Shown here: piece by piece, positions 19,219 through 33,085 of the stretch
Layout: every line of letters starts with the position of its first letter
How positions within the stretch are numbered: position 1 is the stretch's first letter
NCBI RefSeq assembly: GCF_009914755.1
Contig: NC_060939.1
Length of the DNA: 64,000 nucleotides
Source of the DNA: the human T2T-CHM13v2.0 reference genome, Homo sapiens
Reading direction: 5' to 3' (one strand)
Program-made: the position numbers and the translations under genes
The notes under the pieces: model-generated
The model's input: the letters and a program-made list of their open reading frames with translations, nothing else
The model's database searches: none
Told to the model about the DNA's origin: nothing

Positions 19219-20243
19219 CTTTGTGGTTTTATCTACTTTTGGTCTTTGATGATGGTGACGTATAGAAGGGTTTTTGGTGTGGATGTCCTTTCTGTTTGTT
19301 AGTTTTTCTTCTAACAGACAGGACCCTCAGCTGCAGGTCTGTTGGAGTTTGCTGGAGATCCACTCCAGACCCTGTTTTCCTGGGTATCAGCAGCGGTGGC
19401 TTCAGAACAGCGGTGGCTGTAGGACAGTGGATCTTGGTGAACCGCAAATGCTGCTGCCTGATGGTTCCTCTGGAAGTTTTGTCTCAGAGGAGTACCCGAC
19501 TGTGTGAGGTGTCAGTCTGCCCCTCCTGGGGGGTGCCTCCCAGTTAGGCTGCTCGGGGGTCAGGAACCCACTTGAGAAGGCACTCTGTCCATTCTCAGAT
19601 CTCCAGCTGCATGCTGGGAGAACCACTACTCTCTTCAAAGCTGTCAGACAGGGACATTTAAGTCTGCAAAGGTTACTGCTGTCTTTTTGTTTGTCTGTAC
19701 CCTGCCCCCAGAGATGGAGCCTACAGAGACAGGCAGGCCTCCTTGAGCTGTGGTCAGGTGGGCTGCTTTGTTTACCTAATCAAGCCTAGGCAGTGGCAGG
19801 CGCCCCTCCCCCAGCCTCGATGCCCCCTTGCAGTTTGATCTCAGACTGCTGTGCTAGCAATCTGCGAGACTCCGTGGGTGTAGGACCCTCTGAGCCAGGT
19901 GCGGGATACAGTCTCCTGGTGTGCCGTTTTTTAAGCCCATTTGAAAAGTGCAATATTAGGCTGGGAGTGACCCGATTTTCCAGATGCCGTCTGTCACCCC
20001 TCTCTTTGACTAGGAAAGGGAACTCCCTGACCCCTTGCGCTTCCCGAGTGAGGCAATGCCTTGCCCCCTTCGGCTCACGCACGGTGTGCTGCACCCACCG
20101 TCCTGCACCCACTGTCTGACACTCCCTAGTGAGATGAACCCAGTACCTCAGATGGAAATGCAGAAATCACCCGTCTTCTGCTTCACTCACGCTGGGAGCT
20201 GTAGACCGGAGCTGTTCCTATTCGGCCATCTTGGCTCCACCTC
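19219..20243 (-). promoter_or_regulatory. L1 5'UTR with internal sense and antisense promoters; YY1 site intact
   Basis: YY1 motif caagatggccga on the minus strand at 20222-20233; relatively CpG-rich compared with the flanks. Confidence 0.8.
19793..20119 (+). pseudogene. L1 antisense ORF0 homolog with start codon mutated to GTG
   Basis: Translation (M/V)AGAPPPASMPPCSLISDCCASNLRDSVGVGPSEPGAGY matches the primate L1 ORF0 peptide; first codon is gtg. Confidence 0.85.
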
Positions 20244-23216
20244 TGAGTCACTATTTCTTAAATGTGGAATTTCCATTTCTTCAGCGCCATTTGTTAAAAG
20301 AACTATCTTTTCTCCGTTGCCTTTAATCTTTCATCAAAGATCAGTCGACTATGTCAGTCTATTTCTGGGCTCTCTATTCTGTACCACTGACTGCTTGTCT
20401 ATTCCTTCACCAATATCACACAGTCTTGATTACTGTGTTATTATAGTAAGTCTTGAAATTGGATAGTGTTAATTCTTCATTTTTGTTTTTCTCCTTCAAT
20501 ACTGTGTTGGCTACTCTGAGTCTTTGCCTTCTACATATAAACTTTAGAATAGGCTTCTTGATGTAAAAAGAAACCTGCTGGGATTTTCATTGGGATTGCA
20601 TTGAATCTGTAAAGTTAGCAAGAACTTGTTATCTTGAAAACATTAAGTCTTCTATAAATGAACATGATATTTATTCTTTTATTTATTCTATCAGAATTTT
20701 GCAGTTTTTCTTATATAGGTATTGTACATATTTTGTTATATTCATATCTAAGTATTTTATTTTGGAGATGCTAATGCAAATGCTATTTTTTTAATTTAAA
20801 ATTTCAGTTGTTTATTTCTGGTATATTGAAAAGGAATTAACGTTTGTGTATTAACCTTGTATCCTGCGACATTGCGCTAGTTCCAGGAGAATATTTTTTG
20901 TCTACTCTTTCAAATTTTCTAAATAGACAGCCATGTCATTTGTTTAAAAAAAGACCATTTAATTTTTTCTTTCCCAATCTGTATTACTTTTGTTTCCTTT
21001 TCTTGTTTTATTGTATTATCTAGGACTTCCATTACAATGTTAAAATCAGTTATGAGAGGGGCATCCTTGCCTCATATTTTATCTTACAGGATTTTTTTTA
21101 ACACCATTGTAACCATTTTTTTTTAACACCACTAACTGTGGTGTTAGCTTTAGAATTTTTTGTAGATGTTCTTTACCAAATTGAATAAGTTCCTCTGTAT
21201 CCCTAGTTTACTAAGAGTTTTTATCATGAAGCGATGTCAGATTTTGTCAAATGCATTTTCTGCATCTATTAATATGATTAGAAGTTTTTTTCTATAGCCT
21301 GCTCCTTAAGTTAATGATAGATTACATTAATTGATTTTCAAATTAAACCAAACTTGGATATGTAGAATGAATCTCACTTTGTCATGGTATATAATTCTTT
21401 TTTATACAGTGTTGCATTCAATTTGCTAATATTTTGTTGAGAAATTTGAAGCTATGCAAAACTTTGATCTAGGGAAAGTAGTGAATGCCAAGCCTCTTCA
21501 TTTGTCAGATCTAAGTGCGTTAGAATGCAGTCCTTCAGGTGGGAGCTATACAAGTAGCTTCAGTGCAGGGACAAAACTTTTTCCAGGGAAAATCTATACA
21601 GCTGGATTTATCACTAGATCAAGCCAATGAAAAGACTTGGGAAGTGCCCAAGCCCCACTTTGGTTCCCAGGGGCCTATTTTTTGCTGCCTCATTAACTCT
21701 GGGATTCAGGCTAGTTAGAAGATTTATCATCAAGTAACAACTACAAGAGTATGCAGGGAAACCTCTTTCAGGAAATGGGAGCTATGCATTTTAGCTCCTC
21801 TCTTCACTGATCTCTGGAGATGTAGCCCCTGGAAGTGTTTGTGTCCCCATTTAAAACCACCTCTTTGTACTGTGATCTGAGAAAAATTACACGTTTAGTC
21901 CTTTCTACTCCCAGAAGTAGGTGGCTTAGGATGCAGTCTCTAATGTGGGAGCTGTGGAATTTGGGACATTCAGTGCATGGACACTCTTCCCAGCAAGAAT
22001 TGGATTTATCACTGGAGTGGGCTGGGGAAAAACCTTGGGAAGTGCGTGAGCTCCTGTTCAGGACTTTTTGTCTGCCTTATTAACTCTCTAATACAGGTTA
22101 GTTAGAAGTCCAACTGTCAGCAGCAGCTGGTAGAGTGTGCTGACAAATTCCTTCTGGGGAGAGACTGCGAGCTGTGCCTTTTAGCCCCTTTTCTGCCCTG
22201 ATCCCACAGATTGAAGCCCCTAAAAGTGCTTGCACACTCATATAAAACCAGTGCTTTTTCTGTGGTCTAGAGAGATTTCTATATGCCTGGCCCCTTCTTC
22301 TCCCAGTTAGGTCAAAAACTAGCAAACCATAAAGAACATTAGAGTTAGAGCACTATATATATAGCCTAAATTCTCCCTTCTCAGTAAGACACTGAGTGTT
22401 GAGGATTCCTTCCTGATTGTATGGCACGATGCTGGGATAGGGTTTGTGCTCAAGTGTGCCTCCACTTTTTCTATCCATTTTGATGTGGATTTTTTTTTTC
22501 ATTTGGCCAGGTGTAGGAGTCTCTCAACTCATTTCTGACTTTCTTCTGGAGGAACTTACACATGTATAGATGTTTATTTGGTGAATCTGTAGGAGAAAGG
22601 ACAGTCAGGAGCCTCCTATTCCACCATGGTTTTTGACATCACTCTTCTCAGGATTTCTCTTTACCTTAGATTTTCTGTAGCATGAAAATAATATGCCCAG
22701 GTGTTTTTGTGGCATTTAAATTGCTTGGGGTTTTCTGAGTGCTCTGGATCTCTGGTTTGTTATCTGACACTAATTTGGGGAACATTCTCAGTCCTTGTTT
22801 CAATTGTTTTTTCTCTTCTTTTCTTTCTTCTCCTCTGATATACCCATTATGTATATGCTATACTTTTTGTAGTTGTCCCATAATTTGGGATTCCTTTTTT
22901 TTTTTTTTGTCTTTTTCTGATTGATTTTCAGGTTTGAAAATTTCTATTGAGATATCTTTAAGCTCAGAGATTCTTTCCTTAGTTATGTCCACTCTACTAA
23001 TAAGTCCATTGAAGGTATTCTTTGTTTTTGTTATAGTGTTTTTGATATATCATATTTCTTTTTTCTTAGAATTTCCATCTTTCTGCAACTTGCAGCTTAC
23101 AATGGTTCTTGCAAGCTGTCTTCTTTATCCATTATAGATAGCCATTACCATATTAATCATAGTTGTTTTTAATTTCTATTTTGAATTTTTCATATACCTA
23201 CCATATCTGAGTCTGA

Positions 23217-23218
<2 letters not shown>

Positions 23219-23261
<43 letters not shown>

Positions 23262-23285
23262 TTTCCTTTTTTTTTTTTTTTTTTT
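23219..23285. repeat. (TG)n microsatellite followed by poly(T)
   Basis: About 18 TG units and then a T run, read directly. Confidence 0.95.
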
Positions 23286-26200
23286 GCCTTTCAGTATGCC
23301 TTGTAATTTTTTCTTGATATTTGGACATGATGCATTGGATAAAATCAACTGCTGTAAGTAGGCCTTTAGCAATGTGTTGGTAAGGTGTGGTGGGAGAAAT
23401 GTTCTATCATCCTCTGATTAGGTCTCAGACTTTTAGTGAGCCTATGCCCCTGGATTGTGAACTTTGCAAGTGCTTCTCTGCCATTCACCCTTCTTTAAGT
23501 GGAATTGGATGGTCCAAGTGGGCTCAATTTGTGTACTTCCCTTCTCCCATGAGGAAGGCTAAAGGAAGCTAGAGTTGGGTATTTCCCTTCCCTTGGGTCA
23601 GTTAGTCTCCGATAAAACCCTAGCAAGTTGGCCTATGCTTAACTAGTTTCTGTGGAGGGCAGACCTTGATAAGAAGAATAGAGTGCTCTGGTGTATTTCA
23701 AAATGGTTTCTTTCTTTCTCCTGCCAGAACCATGAAGGGATTTTTTTTTTTTCTGATTATCACTGTGAGGATTTGATAGAGCTCCTGGAGATAAAACTCA
23801 TAAAAACATGGGCTCCCCCTTTGACTAGCTCCCCCTGAAGGTTTTAATTCTCATTCATATCCCTGATGAGCCTCCAGCAATTCATCAATTATAGTTCGGA
23901 TTTTCCTGCTTTCCACAGTTACTGTAGGGCTTCTATTTTGGTAAGCTGTGATTCTCTGTATTTGCCTGTCTGCCTCAAATGTTAGGGGCAGTATTCACTC
24001 TGTGACCTCATTTTTCTTGCAGATTTTAGAAAAGTTGTTGATTTTTTAATTTGTTCATTTTTCTTGTTGTTGTCACTTGTTAGATGAAGTGAGGACTTAC
24101 AAGCTTCTTATTTGCAGGAGTAAGAGCTAAAAAGTCCCTCTTATTTTTCTAATATAAATGTTTAATGCTATCATGTCCCCTCTAAAAACTCTTTGAAATG
24201 CATCTCCTCAATAAAACATGTTGTATTTTTATTTTCATTAAACTGAGAATATTTTCTAGTTTTCTCATTGACTCATCAGTTATTTAGAAGTTTTGATTTT
24301 AAATTTTCAAATATATGGGATTTCCCATATAACTCTCTGTTACTGATTTCTAGTTTAATTTCACCATGGTCAGAGAACATACTCTGCATCATATTATTTA
24401 AAATATATTGAAGTTTTATTACCCAAAATATGGCCTCTTGATGAATGTTCCATGTAAACTTTAAAGGAATGTGTATTCTGCTCTTTTTAGATAGCTGAGT
24501 AAGGAGTGTTAATGTTATCAAGAAAAATTGTAGATTTGTTTATTTCTTTTTTTGTTTCTATCAGTTTTTGCCTCATGTATTTGAAACTAAGTTGATAGGT
24601 ACATAAACATTAAAAATTGTCATTTCTTCTTTTGAATTGACTCCTTTTATTATATGTGATTCTTTATTCCTAGTAAATTCCTTATACTAAAGTCCACTCG
24701 GTCTGATATTAATATGGTCATTCTAGCTTTCTTTCAGTTAATGAGTTCACTTTTCACCTATCTATATTCTTATGTTTAACTTAGATTCTTTTTAGATATG
24801 TAGATATAGTTTGAGATAGTTTGGTTTACTTTTTTATCCAGTTTTAAGATACCTGTCTTTTAATTTGTGTTTAAATGTTTAAGATAATTATTAATAATGT
24901 AGAATTAAATTTTACGCTTAGTCGTTTTCATTTAATATGTTATTTTTTCTTTTATTCTTCCTTTTTGCCTACTTTTGATCAATTGAGTATTTTATTCAAT
25001 TTTAACATCACCATTTGTTTATTACTAAATACTTTAAGTTGTTTAATTGTTTCCATGGTTTACAATATTTATATTTTTTAATAGTAATCTATCTTCGTGT
25101 AATATACTACTTTACATGTAGCATAAGAACCTTCCATCAATATATCTCCAATTGTTAGTCTATCTTTTATGCTATTTTTGTCATACATTTTAACTTTTAT
25201 GCACTATAACCCACAATACATTACTACTATTTTTGTATTAGACAGTCATTTATGTTTTAGAGTAATTACAAATAAGAAACAGATGTATTTTACATTTACT
25301 TTTATTTTAACCATTTCTGTTGATCTTCATTTCTTCATGTAGATTCAAGTTTCTAAGTATTATCACATTCCTTCTGCCTGAATAACTTCCTTATTTTTCA
25401 AAGTACAGGTGTTCTTGGAATAAATTATTTCAGCTTTGGTTTGTCTCAATTAATATTTATATCTTATTTTTTAAAAATAACTTTTTCTGGTTATTACTTT
25501 CTTGATTTGGCAGGATTTTTTTTCAGCATATTGCTAATGTTACTTGATCATCTATAGTTTCTAATGAAAAGTATGATGTCTTTCTTCTATCTTTGCAACT
25601 ATATGCACTGTGTATCTGTGCCTTTTTCTTTCTGTCTACCTCCTAGATTTTTCTGTATTTCTGGTTTAAAGCAGTTGAAATATGATATGGAAGTTGTGTA
25701 TGCATGTGTGAGTGTATGTATCTCTGTGTGTATGCATTTATTTAGCTCAGGAATCTCTTACCTTGTTAAATCTGAGGTTTGATATCCTTTATTTTTGTGA
25801 AAATTATTACCAATTATATCTTCAGATATTTTTGTCTCCCATTCTGTTGCTCTTTCAGTAGTCTGATTGCATGTATGTTACATTGTCTGATGACATTCCA
25901 CAGCTTTGGAAGCTCTCTTTTCTGTTTTTCTCCTGTTTTTCTTTTCTTTTTATATTTTACTTTGGAAAATTTTTATTGACTCATCTGCAAACTCACTGAT
26001 ATTTTACTCAGCTGTGTCAGTTTACTCATTAGCCCATTGAAGGCATTCTTTATGTCCACGATTTTGGTTTTATTCTACTATTTCCATTCAACTTTTTTGT
26101 AGTTTTCATTCTCTGTTGAAATTCTTCATCTGTTCATTCATGCAGTGTATCTTTTTCACTAAAGCCTTTAACATAATTATCATAACTATATTATTTTCCT

Positions 26201-28452
26201 GTTCATTTTAATATCTAGTTAATCTGAGTCTTGTTCTATTGATTGCTTGATCTCTTGGGATTTTCTTTTTTATTTCCTTAATTTTTTTGATGTTTCTCAT
26301 AGTTATGTTTGATTATACTATGTAGCACATAGAAGTATTGAGACTAAGATAAATCATATTTATGTCTGGCATTGGGAACACCTTTTCTTCTGCTAGGCCG
26401 TTAATATTATGGGTTGAGTGAATCTACTTAGGATTTCTTTGACATCTGGATTTTGTTGTTGGTATTTTACCTTCTTTATACTTTTTATGTGGTGTGGGAT
26501 TTGGTTTGTCAGAGAGTTTTTCTCAATGTTTATGCTCAACTATGAACTTCAGTTTACCCCTGCACTCATGCTTTTCAAATAGAATCTCTCTTTTTACCCT
26601 TGTCCTTGCCCCCACCCTTCCAACAATAGTAAAATGCCATTGCTTCTTCCTCATTGCTTGTTAGCTTGGTGCTGGTCATTGTGAACATTTTCTTGGAGGT
26701 GGAATTTCTCAACATTCCTGCCCCTCATCTAGCAGTAAGATATCTCTGTTTCCTGTTCTCCATGCCAAGGGCTAGATTTTCTTTTCTTTTAACCTTCCCC
26801 TAGACACAAGAGATCTTTTCCTGCACCCCAGGAACTACAGGGTTTACTGCTGCTCTCTCAGCCACTTAAGGCTTTGTTCTGTGGAGAAAAGGTACTAGGT
26901 GTGAGCTTTGCGCTTTCTAACAGTGGCAGTCACATACTTCACTCAGACCTACAACAAGGATGGAGTCTTTCTCCATCCTTGCTTTCTCCCTAGCCCACAT
27001 TTGCCATTTTGTGTTTCTTCAAACCTTTTAGCTAATTTCCTTTTATATGCTTATATTGCAAAAAACACCTATTCCTTATTCTACCAGAAATGAAAACAAT
27101 CAAAAATACAGAAGACAAATCCTGCCCTTGGGCAGGTTCACAAACTCTCAGGAATGTTTTGTACTGACTGCTTTTTCACTTTAAGTCCATATTAGTTGCT
27201 TTAGTTTTTGTAGGTCAACATAAATTCTGGGCATTTAACACTGTAATTAGTTTATCAGATAGGATGTATTAATTTGCTTCTTGCTCCTAACTCTAAGAGT
27301 AACCCAATTCTACTTTTTGACTAATGTCCCAAATCACTGCTTGAGTTTTTCTAGTAGATTTACTTCATGTCCAAGCAGCTAAGATAATAAAAACAATCTG
27401 TTGAATGAGTTCTTGAATCCTTCCTCCAAAAGCCCATAATATTCTTCTACCAATGGGATATGGTAGCCTTGGGAACCACCCCCATTATCATTCAACTACA
27501 CTTGCCTCCCAAAACGTCTAGCACTAAGATATAATAGAATTACTTTGCTAACCTCTTTGTTCTTGATATTTTGCAAATTGGCATAGGCCTCTTTGAGAAT
27601 TTTCATTTTTCTTAAATATAACGGTGCAGTTCACAAAGTTAGAGATTTTTTTTTCCTTATAACATCTGTTTCAGAAATCATTATAGCTCAAGTTTCTTCA
27701 TGGCATAAATTGCCTTATTTTGATTTCATCAGTTTTTATGTCATTTCTTTTTCATGTCAATATGATTATGGCTATATTTAGAAATTGCATTTTCAGACAA
27801 CCTTTGCTTATCTGGCTGCACTTCTTATGCACATGTTTTTGGGCTTTAATTTCCATGCAGATATATTCTTTCTCTTGGCAACTTACCTTCCTTGTTTCCA
27901 CTAGCTACCTACACACAAAATCTAGATAGATTTAATACTTTAGTGCTTTTAAGTCAAAATGGTGGAACACTTTTATTTCTCACTGATATTTGCTTTCCTA
28001 CTCTTCATAAACTTGTATACAAATTATACAAATGATCTCAAAATACTGTTTAAGTAAGATTTTGTGTTTCTTTTTACATTGCTAACTTGAAGAATAGCAC
28101 ACATATTCTCAATCCAAGTGATCAGGGAAGTAGACAGCCTCCCACTGAGGTCCCCAAAAGCCAGTGCTAATGGACCCATACAGAGAAGCTATTGTGCTGG
28201 GGTGAATCTCTCAACCAGTGCAGCACAGCAATATTGGTTTTGACATGTATATATTCATTACATTGACTTAATGATACAGAAGACTCATATCTATATAAAA
28301 TTGTACATCCTGTTGGCTAGGCTGTAGTCCTAAAAATGTGGCCATAAGAAAGGAGAATGACAATAGGAAGTGGTGAACATACTAAATAGTATTTCCTTTT
28401 TAACCACAAATTTTAAAAGTATATTTTAGCTCTTTATGCATGCATTTAATAT

Positions 28453-28754
28453 ATTTATTTATTTATTTATTTATTTGAGACGGAGTTTCACTCATGTTGC
28501 CAGGCTGGGGTGCAATGGCGCAATCTCGGCTCACTGCAACCTCCACCTCCCGGAAAGCAATTCTCCTGCCTCAGCCTCCTGAGTAGTGAGATTACAGGCG
28601 CCCGCCACCACGCCCAGCTAATTTTTGTATTTTTAGTAGAGACGGGGTTTCTCCATGTTGGTCAGCTTGGTCTCCAACTCCCGACCTCAAGTGATCCTCC
28701 CACCTCGGCCTCCCCAAATGCTGAGATTACAGGCGTGAGCCACTGCACCCAACC
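28453..28754 (-). mobile_element. AluS (Sp/Sq-like) with (ATTT)n tail
   Basis: gagacggagtttcactcatgttgcc, gcaatggcgc, tttctccatgttggtcag. Confidence 0.92.
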
Positions 28755-29593
28755 TATTTTTTGTTGGTGGTGGTTGAGAGTACTTTTGAAAAGTTTATAA
28801 AAATCTACTGAACTCTTTCCAAATAGTGATGTAGATGGAGAAACTTCCATTTTGGCATTGGCTCTTGGAAAGCTTCCCCCATCCCTCTTTGAGCTTTGTA
28901 ATTAGTGCTACCTCAAGCACCAAGTTATGAGTAAAATTGCTTAATGAAAGACCCACTCTCAGAACCTGCTATGGGCTGGTGGAATATAGGGCTGCTAAAC
29001 AAGATTAGATAGGAGAGGCCAAAAAACAGGCATTTCTCTTGTCCACTCCCCAAATGCTAATTTTATTACAGCATCACAGTATCTCAATTCTGCTTTTTGA
29101 TTGGGCCACTGGAGACTCCTTCAAAATCTTTATTTTATCATTAAGAGGGACTATGGCCCAAATCTTTAAGAACATGGGCCATAGAACAAGATCCTTTGTG
29201 CTATAATCTTTTTTTCTGATACTATGGGAAAATTATTTAATCTTATTCCTAAGACAGGAGGTCAAGAGACCTCTTAAGATTGCTATGAGTAAATAAAATA
29301 TCCATAACCCATTCTTAAAATAGCCCCTGACACTTAGTAAAACACTCCTTAAATATTAGCAATTAGTGTTATTATCTAAGAGGAGAAAGACATTCATTGT
29401 GAAACACTTAAGTCCTTTGACAGAAAGTACTTCTCATTATAGCAGGATTCTGCAGGGATGAAACAGAGAAGGTCAGAATCTGTCTTAAGCACTAAAAGCT
29501 GATAAGAAAACGAAAACTTGGTTTTGTCTATTATATCTAACTATACATACACATATTTTATGAATGATATTTAAGAATATTGAAGAACAATGA

Positions 29594-29962
<369 letters not shown>

Positions 29963-30639
29963 ATATTTGTCATTCTTAAAGATGGTTTCCAAAATTGTAT
30001 TTCAGGCCCAAGACAAGGATCCTCTCCTGTCAAGCTGAGCAGTTTGACTCCAAATTTAATGTACCTATGAACCACTTGGGGATTTTTTTATAAGACGGAT
30101 TTTTATTATATAGGTCTGGAGTGAGGCCCAAGATTCTAATGGGCTGATAACAATGCTGATGGTCTCTCTGGGAGAATATTATGGGTAACAAGGACCGAGA
30201 GCATTTTGAGTAGAGATAAAAGTTGAGCACAAGACTCTACCTACTCATTCTCTGCTGTGTCCCATCAATACTGCCAGCACAGCTTACCCTGATCCAAATC
30301 CCTTAATAACCAGTGCTATTAATGAGCCTGCACTTTCCCTGGGTGATATACTGTGCTGTCAGAACATACTCAGCATAGCTGAAGAGTGGAAATGCAATCA
30401 GATTGTCATTTGGCTGTTTGGGTACTGATCCTGTTGCCTTTGATTAAAAATACATAAGCTTTCCTGCTTCCAAGTCATACCCTCTGGGGACATAATGCGG
30501 CTCAGGGAAGGGTCTCTAATGCCTCCATGGAAAACACTCCATTACCTGACCCTCTGATAATTATAAACCCCTTGTGAGGTCAGAATCTCATTATCCAACA
30601 CTTACAGGATGTTTGCTATTTGGCACTGGATAGGCCACA

Positions 30640-30775
30640 GTTTCACAAATAGTGGCACTAATAGAAACATTAGAGACCCTTTAATCCAACTTTCTCTACT
30701 CACAGATACTACATGTGAAGTCTGGAGGTATTAACTGACTTGTGCAAGATAACACAGCAAGTTAGGAACACAATT
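30640..30775. mobile_element. MIR fragment
   Basis: taactgacttgtgcaagataacacagcaagttag resembles the MIR core. Confidence 0.5.
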
Positions 30776-31096
30776 TTCTCCTCAGCCCATCTCTCCTCTA
30801 AACAATGTTATTGCTGAGAGGATGGAGGGTAAGCTTTACATAGGAAAAGAATGCTAACCACCCATGGTAACTTGTAACATGCAGAACAGTGGTGCATTTA
30901 CTGAGGCATTTGAATGGGAAATTCTATAAGGACAGAGATGGCCAAGGAAAGTCTTAAAGGATATATGGGAATGAAGTTGGACTTTAAAAGAAGAAAGAAC
31001 CAGATCCAAATTCAGTCCTCCAGTGAGAGAATCACATTAAAAAAGGCTATGCTTGATGCTCATCCTGGAACCTGGATGGTTATAATGAAATCTATG

Positions 31097-31230
31097 AAGA
31101 TCTCAAGAAAGCATCTTCATTGGTATAATTCGAAACCATGCCAGCTGGGCAGGTAAATCATGTAAACTGCATCACTGCTATCAGAATATTTTAAGGAAAT
31201 GAGGAAAGGCTAGGTATGTTTCTATTCATG
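31097..31230 (+). repeat. Direct repeat copy 1 (partner at 34364-34500)
   Basis: Hand alignment: 10 substitutions and one 3-nt indel over ~135 bp. Confidence 0.95.
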
Positions 31231-32109
31231 GAACCAAGGGGATGGCTGTGATAAAGAAGACTTAGTCTTTGGAGAGACCACCAAACAAGGTATGTCTGGG
31301 TTCTAAAAACTTGAGATATTGATGAACACCTCTCAGATGCAGGAGCAGAAGGTCCAGGCAGATCCTGGAGATGACTCTATTCCTGGTGACTGGGATTTAA
31401 GTAACAAGAGCTTAATCCCCAGGAGGATGTTTTGAGTAAATAGATCCTGGAAAACAAAGGATACTGGAAGGAAAACAAAGGCAGGTTTAGGCATAAGGAT
31501 GTAAGATAGGCTGGAACCAGGATATTAAGAGGTTAATTAATTTCCAGAAATAAAATAATATCAGGGGTGTTGGCATTCAGACACATGGTCAGAGCAGGGC
31601 CCAGGACATGGCTAACATGGCACTTGCCGGCCAGCCTAAGGATTTGAGGACAAGGACAAGATTATCTACAGGTAGAGATGGATGAGTTAACTGGCTACAA
31701 TTTGGATGGTTATGGCAATGAAATCTAGGATTGAAGCATTTCACCATAAACAGGTACAAGCTTCTCTCCATGACTATGAAGGTCATCGGCTACGTTAATG
31801 TGCAAGAGTGTGCTGTAAAGACAAAGACATCACAACACTAAAACTAGGTAGCTAGAGCTTGGACTCTGAAGCCAAGTCATTATGTCATTTTGCTGCTTCC
31901 ATGTACCTAGGGATGATGTGCTTGGCCTGTGAGCAGATCTCAGAGATCGGAGGTAAGTCTGGGTTAAAATTTGGAGTCTGACACTGATCTATTGTGTGAT
32001 CTAAATCAAAGCACTTTTTTTTTTACTGCCCCAAGCCAAATTTGTTAATCCATAAAATTGAATAGGGAGGCTGACTTGATCATGCCAAACCTTTTAGGGT
32101 ATTGTTTTA

Positions 32110-33085
32110 ATATTTTTTTATTTCAAAATAACTTCAGATTTATAAAAAGTTACAAAAATAGTCAGTAACTACATACACTGTATACCTTTCAACCACATTC
32201 CCCAAGCATTAACTTTTTAAAAAATCATGTTTGCTTTAACATACTGTGTGTGTCACTTTTTTTCCAAATCATTTGAGAGTAGGTTATAGACATGACATCC
32301 TGCTACCCCTACATACTTCAGTTTGTAATTCCTAAAAGTAAGAACATTCTCTTACATATGCCCAAATAATTATAAAAATCAGGAAATTTACTGTTAAACT
32401 ATATTATTCATCCTAAAAGGAATTATTCAGATTTTGTCAGTTATTCCAAAATCCCCTTTAGGGAAATCTGCTTTTTGGGAGGTAGCAAGGTCTGGTGTAG
32501 GCCTAATCCAGGATTGCATGTTGTATTTAGCTGTCATATGTCTTAAATTTCTTTTAATCTAGAATAGTTTCTGTCTTTGTATTTCATCTTCTTAACATTT
32601 TGAAGAGTGTTAGCCATATTTTTTTGGTAAAACGTCCCTCAATAGTGTTTTTGATATTTCCTCATGGGTTAATTCAGGGTATATGTATTAGTCCATCCTC
32701 ATGCTGCTATAAGAACATACCTGAAACTGGGTAATTTATAAAGGAAAGAAGTTTAACTGACTCACAGTTCTACATGGCTGGGGAGGCCTCAGGAAACTTA
32801 CAACCATGATAGAAGGGGAAGCAAACACGTCTTTCTTCACATGATGGCAGGAGAGAGAAGTGCAGAGTGAAGCAGGGAAAAGCCCCTTATAAAACCATCA
32901 GATCTCGTGAGAACTCACTCACTATCACAAGAAGAGCATGGGGGACCACTTCCATGATCTAATCACCTTCCACAAGGTCCATCTTCCAACACGTGGGGAT
33001 TACAATTCAGATTACAATTCAAGATGAGATTTGGGTGGGGACACAGAGCCAGACCATAGCAGTATGAATTTTTGACAGGAATAAT
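32110..33085 (-). mobile_element. L1MC/ME-type 3' end, split by a THE1 LTR
   Basis: ttatttcaaaataacttcagatttataaaaagttacaaaaatag...; gattgcatgttgtatttagctgtcat. Confidence 0.7.
32684..33061 (-). mobile_element. THE1D-like MaLR solo LTR
   Basis: TG...CA ends; typical THE1 text (ctgggtaatttataaaggaaaga, gagatttgggtggggacacag); 5-bp TSD gtata/gtatg. Confidence 0.9.
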
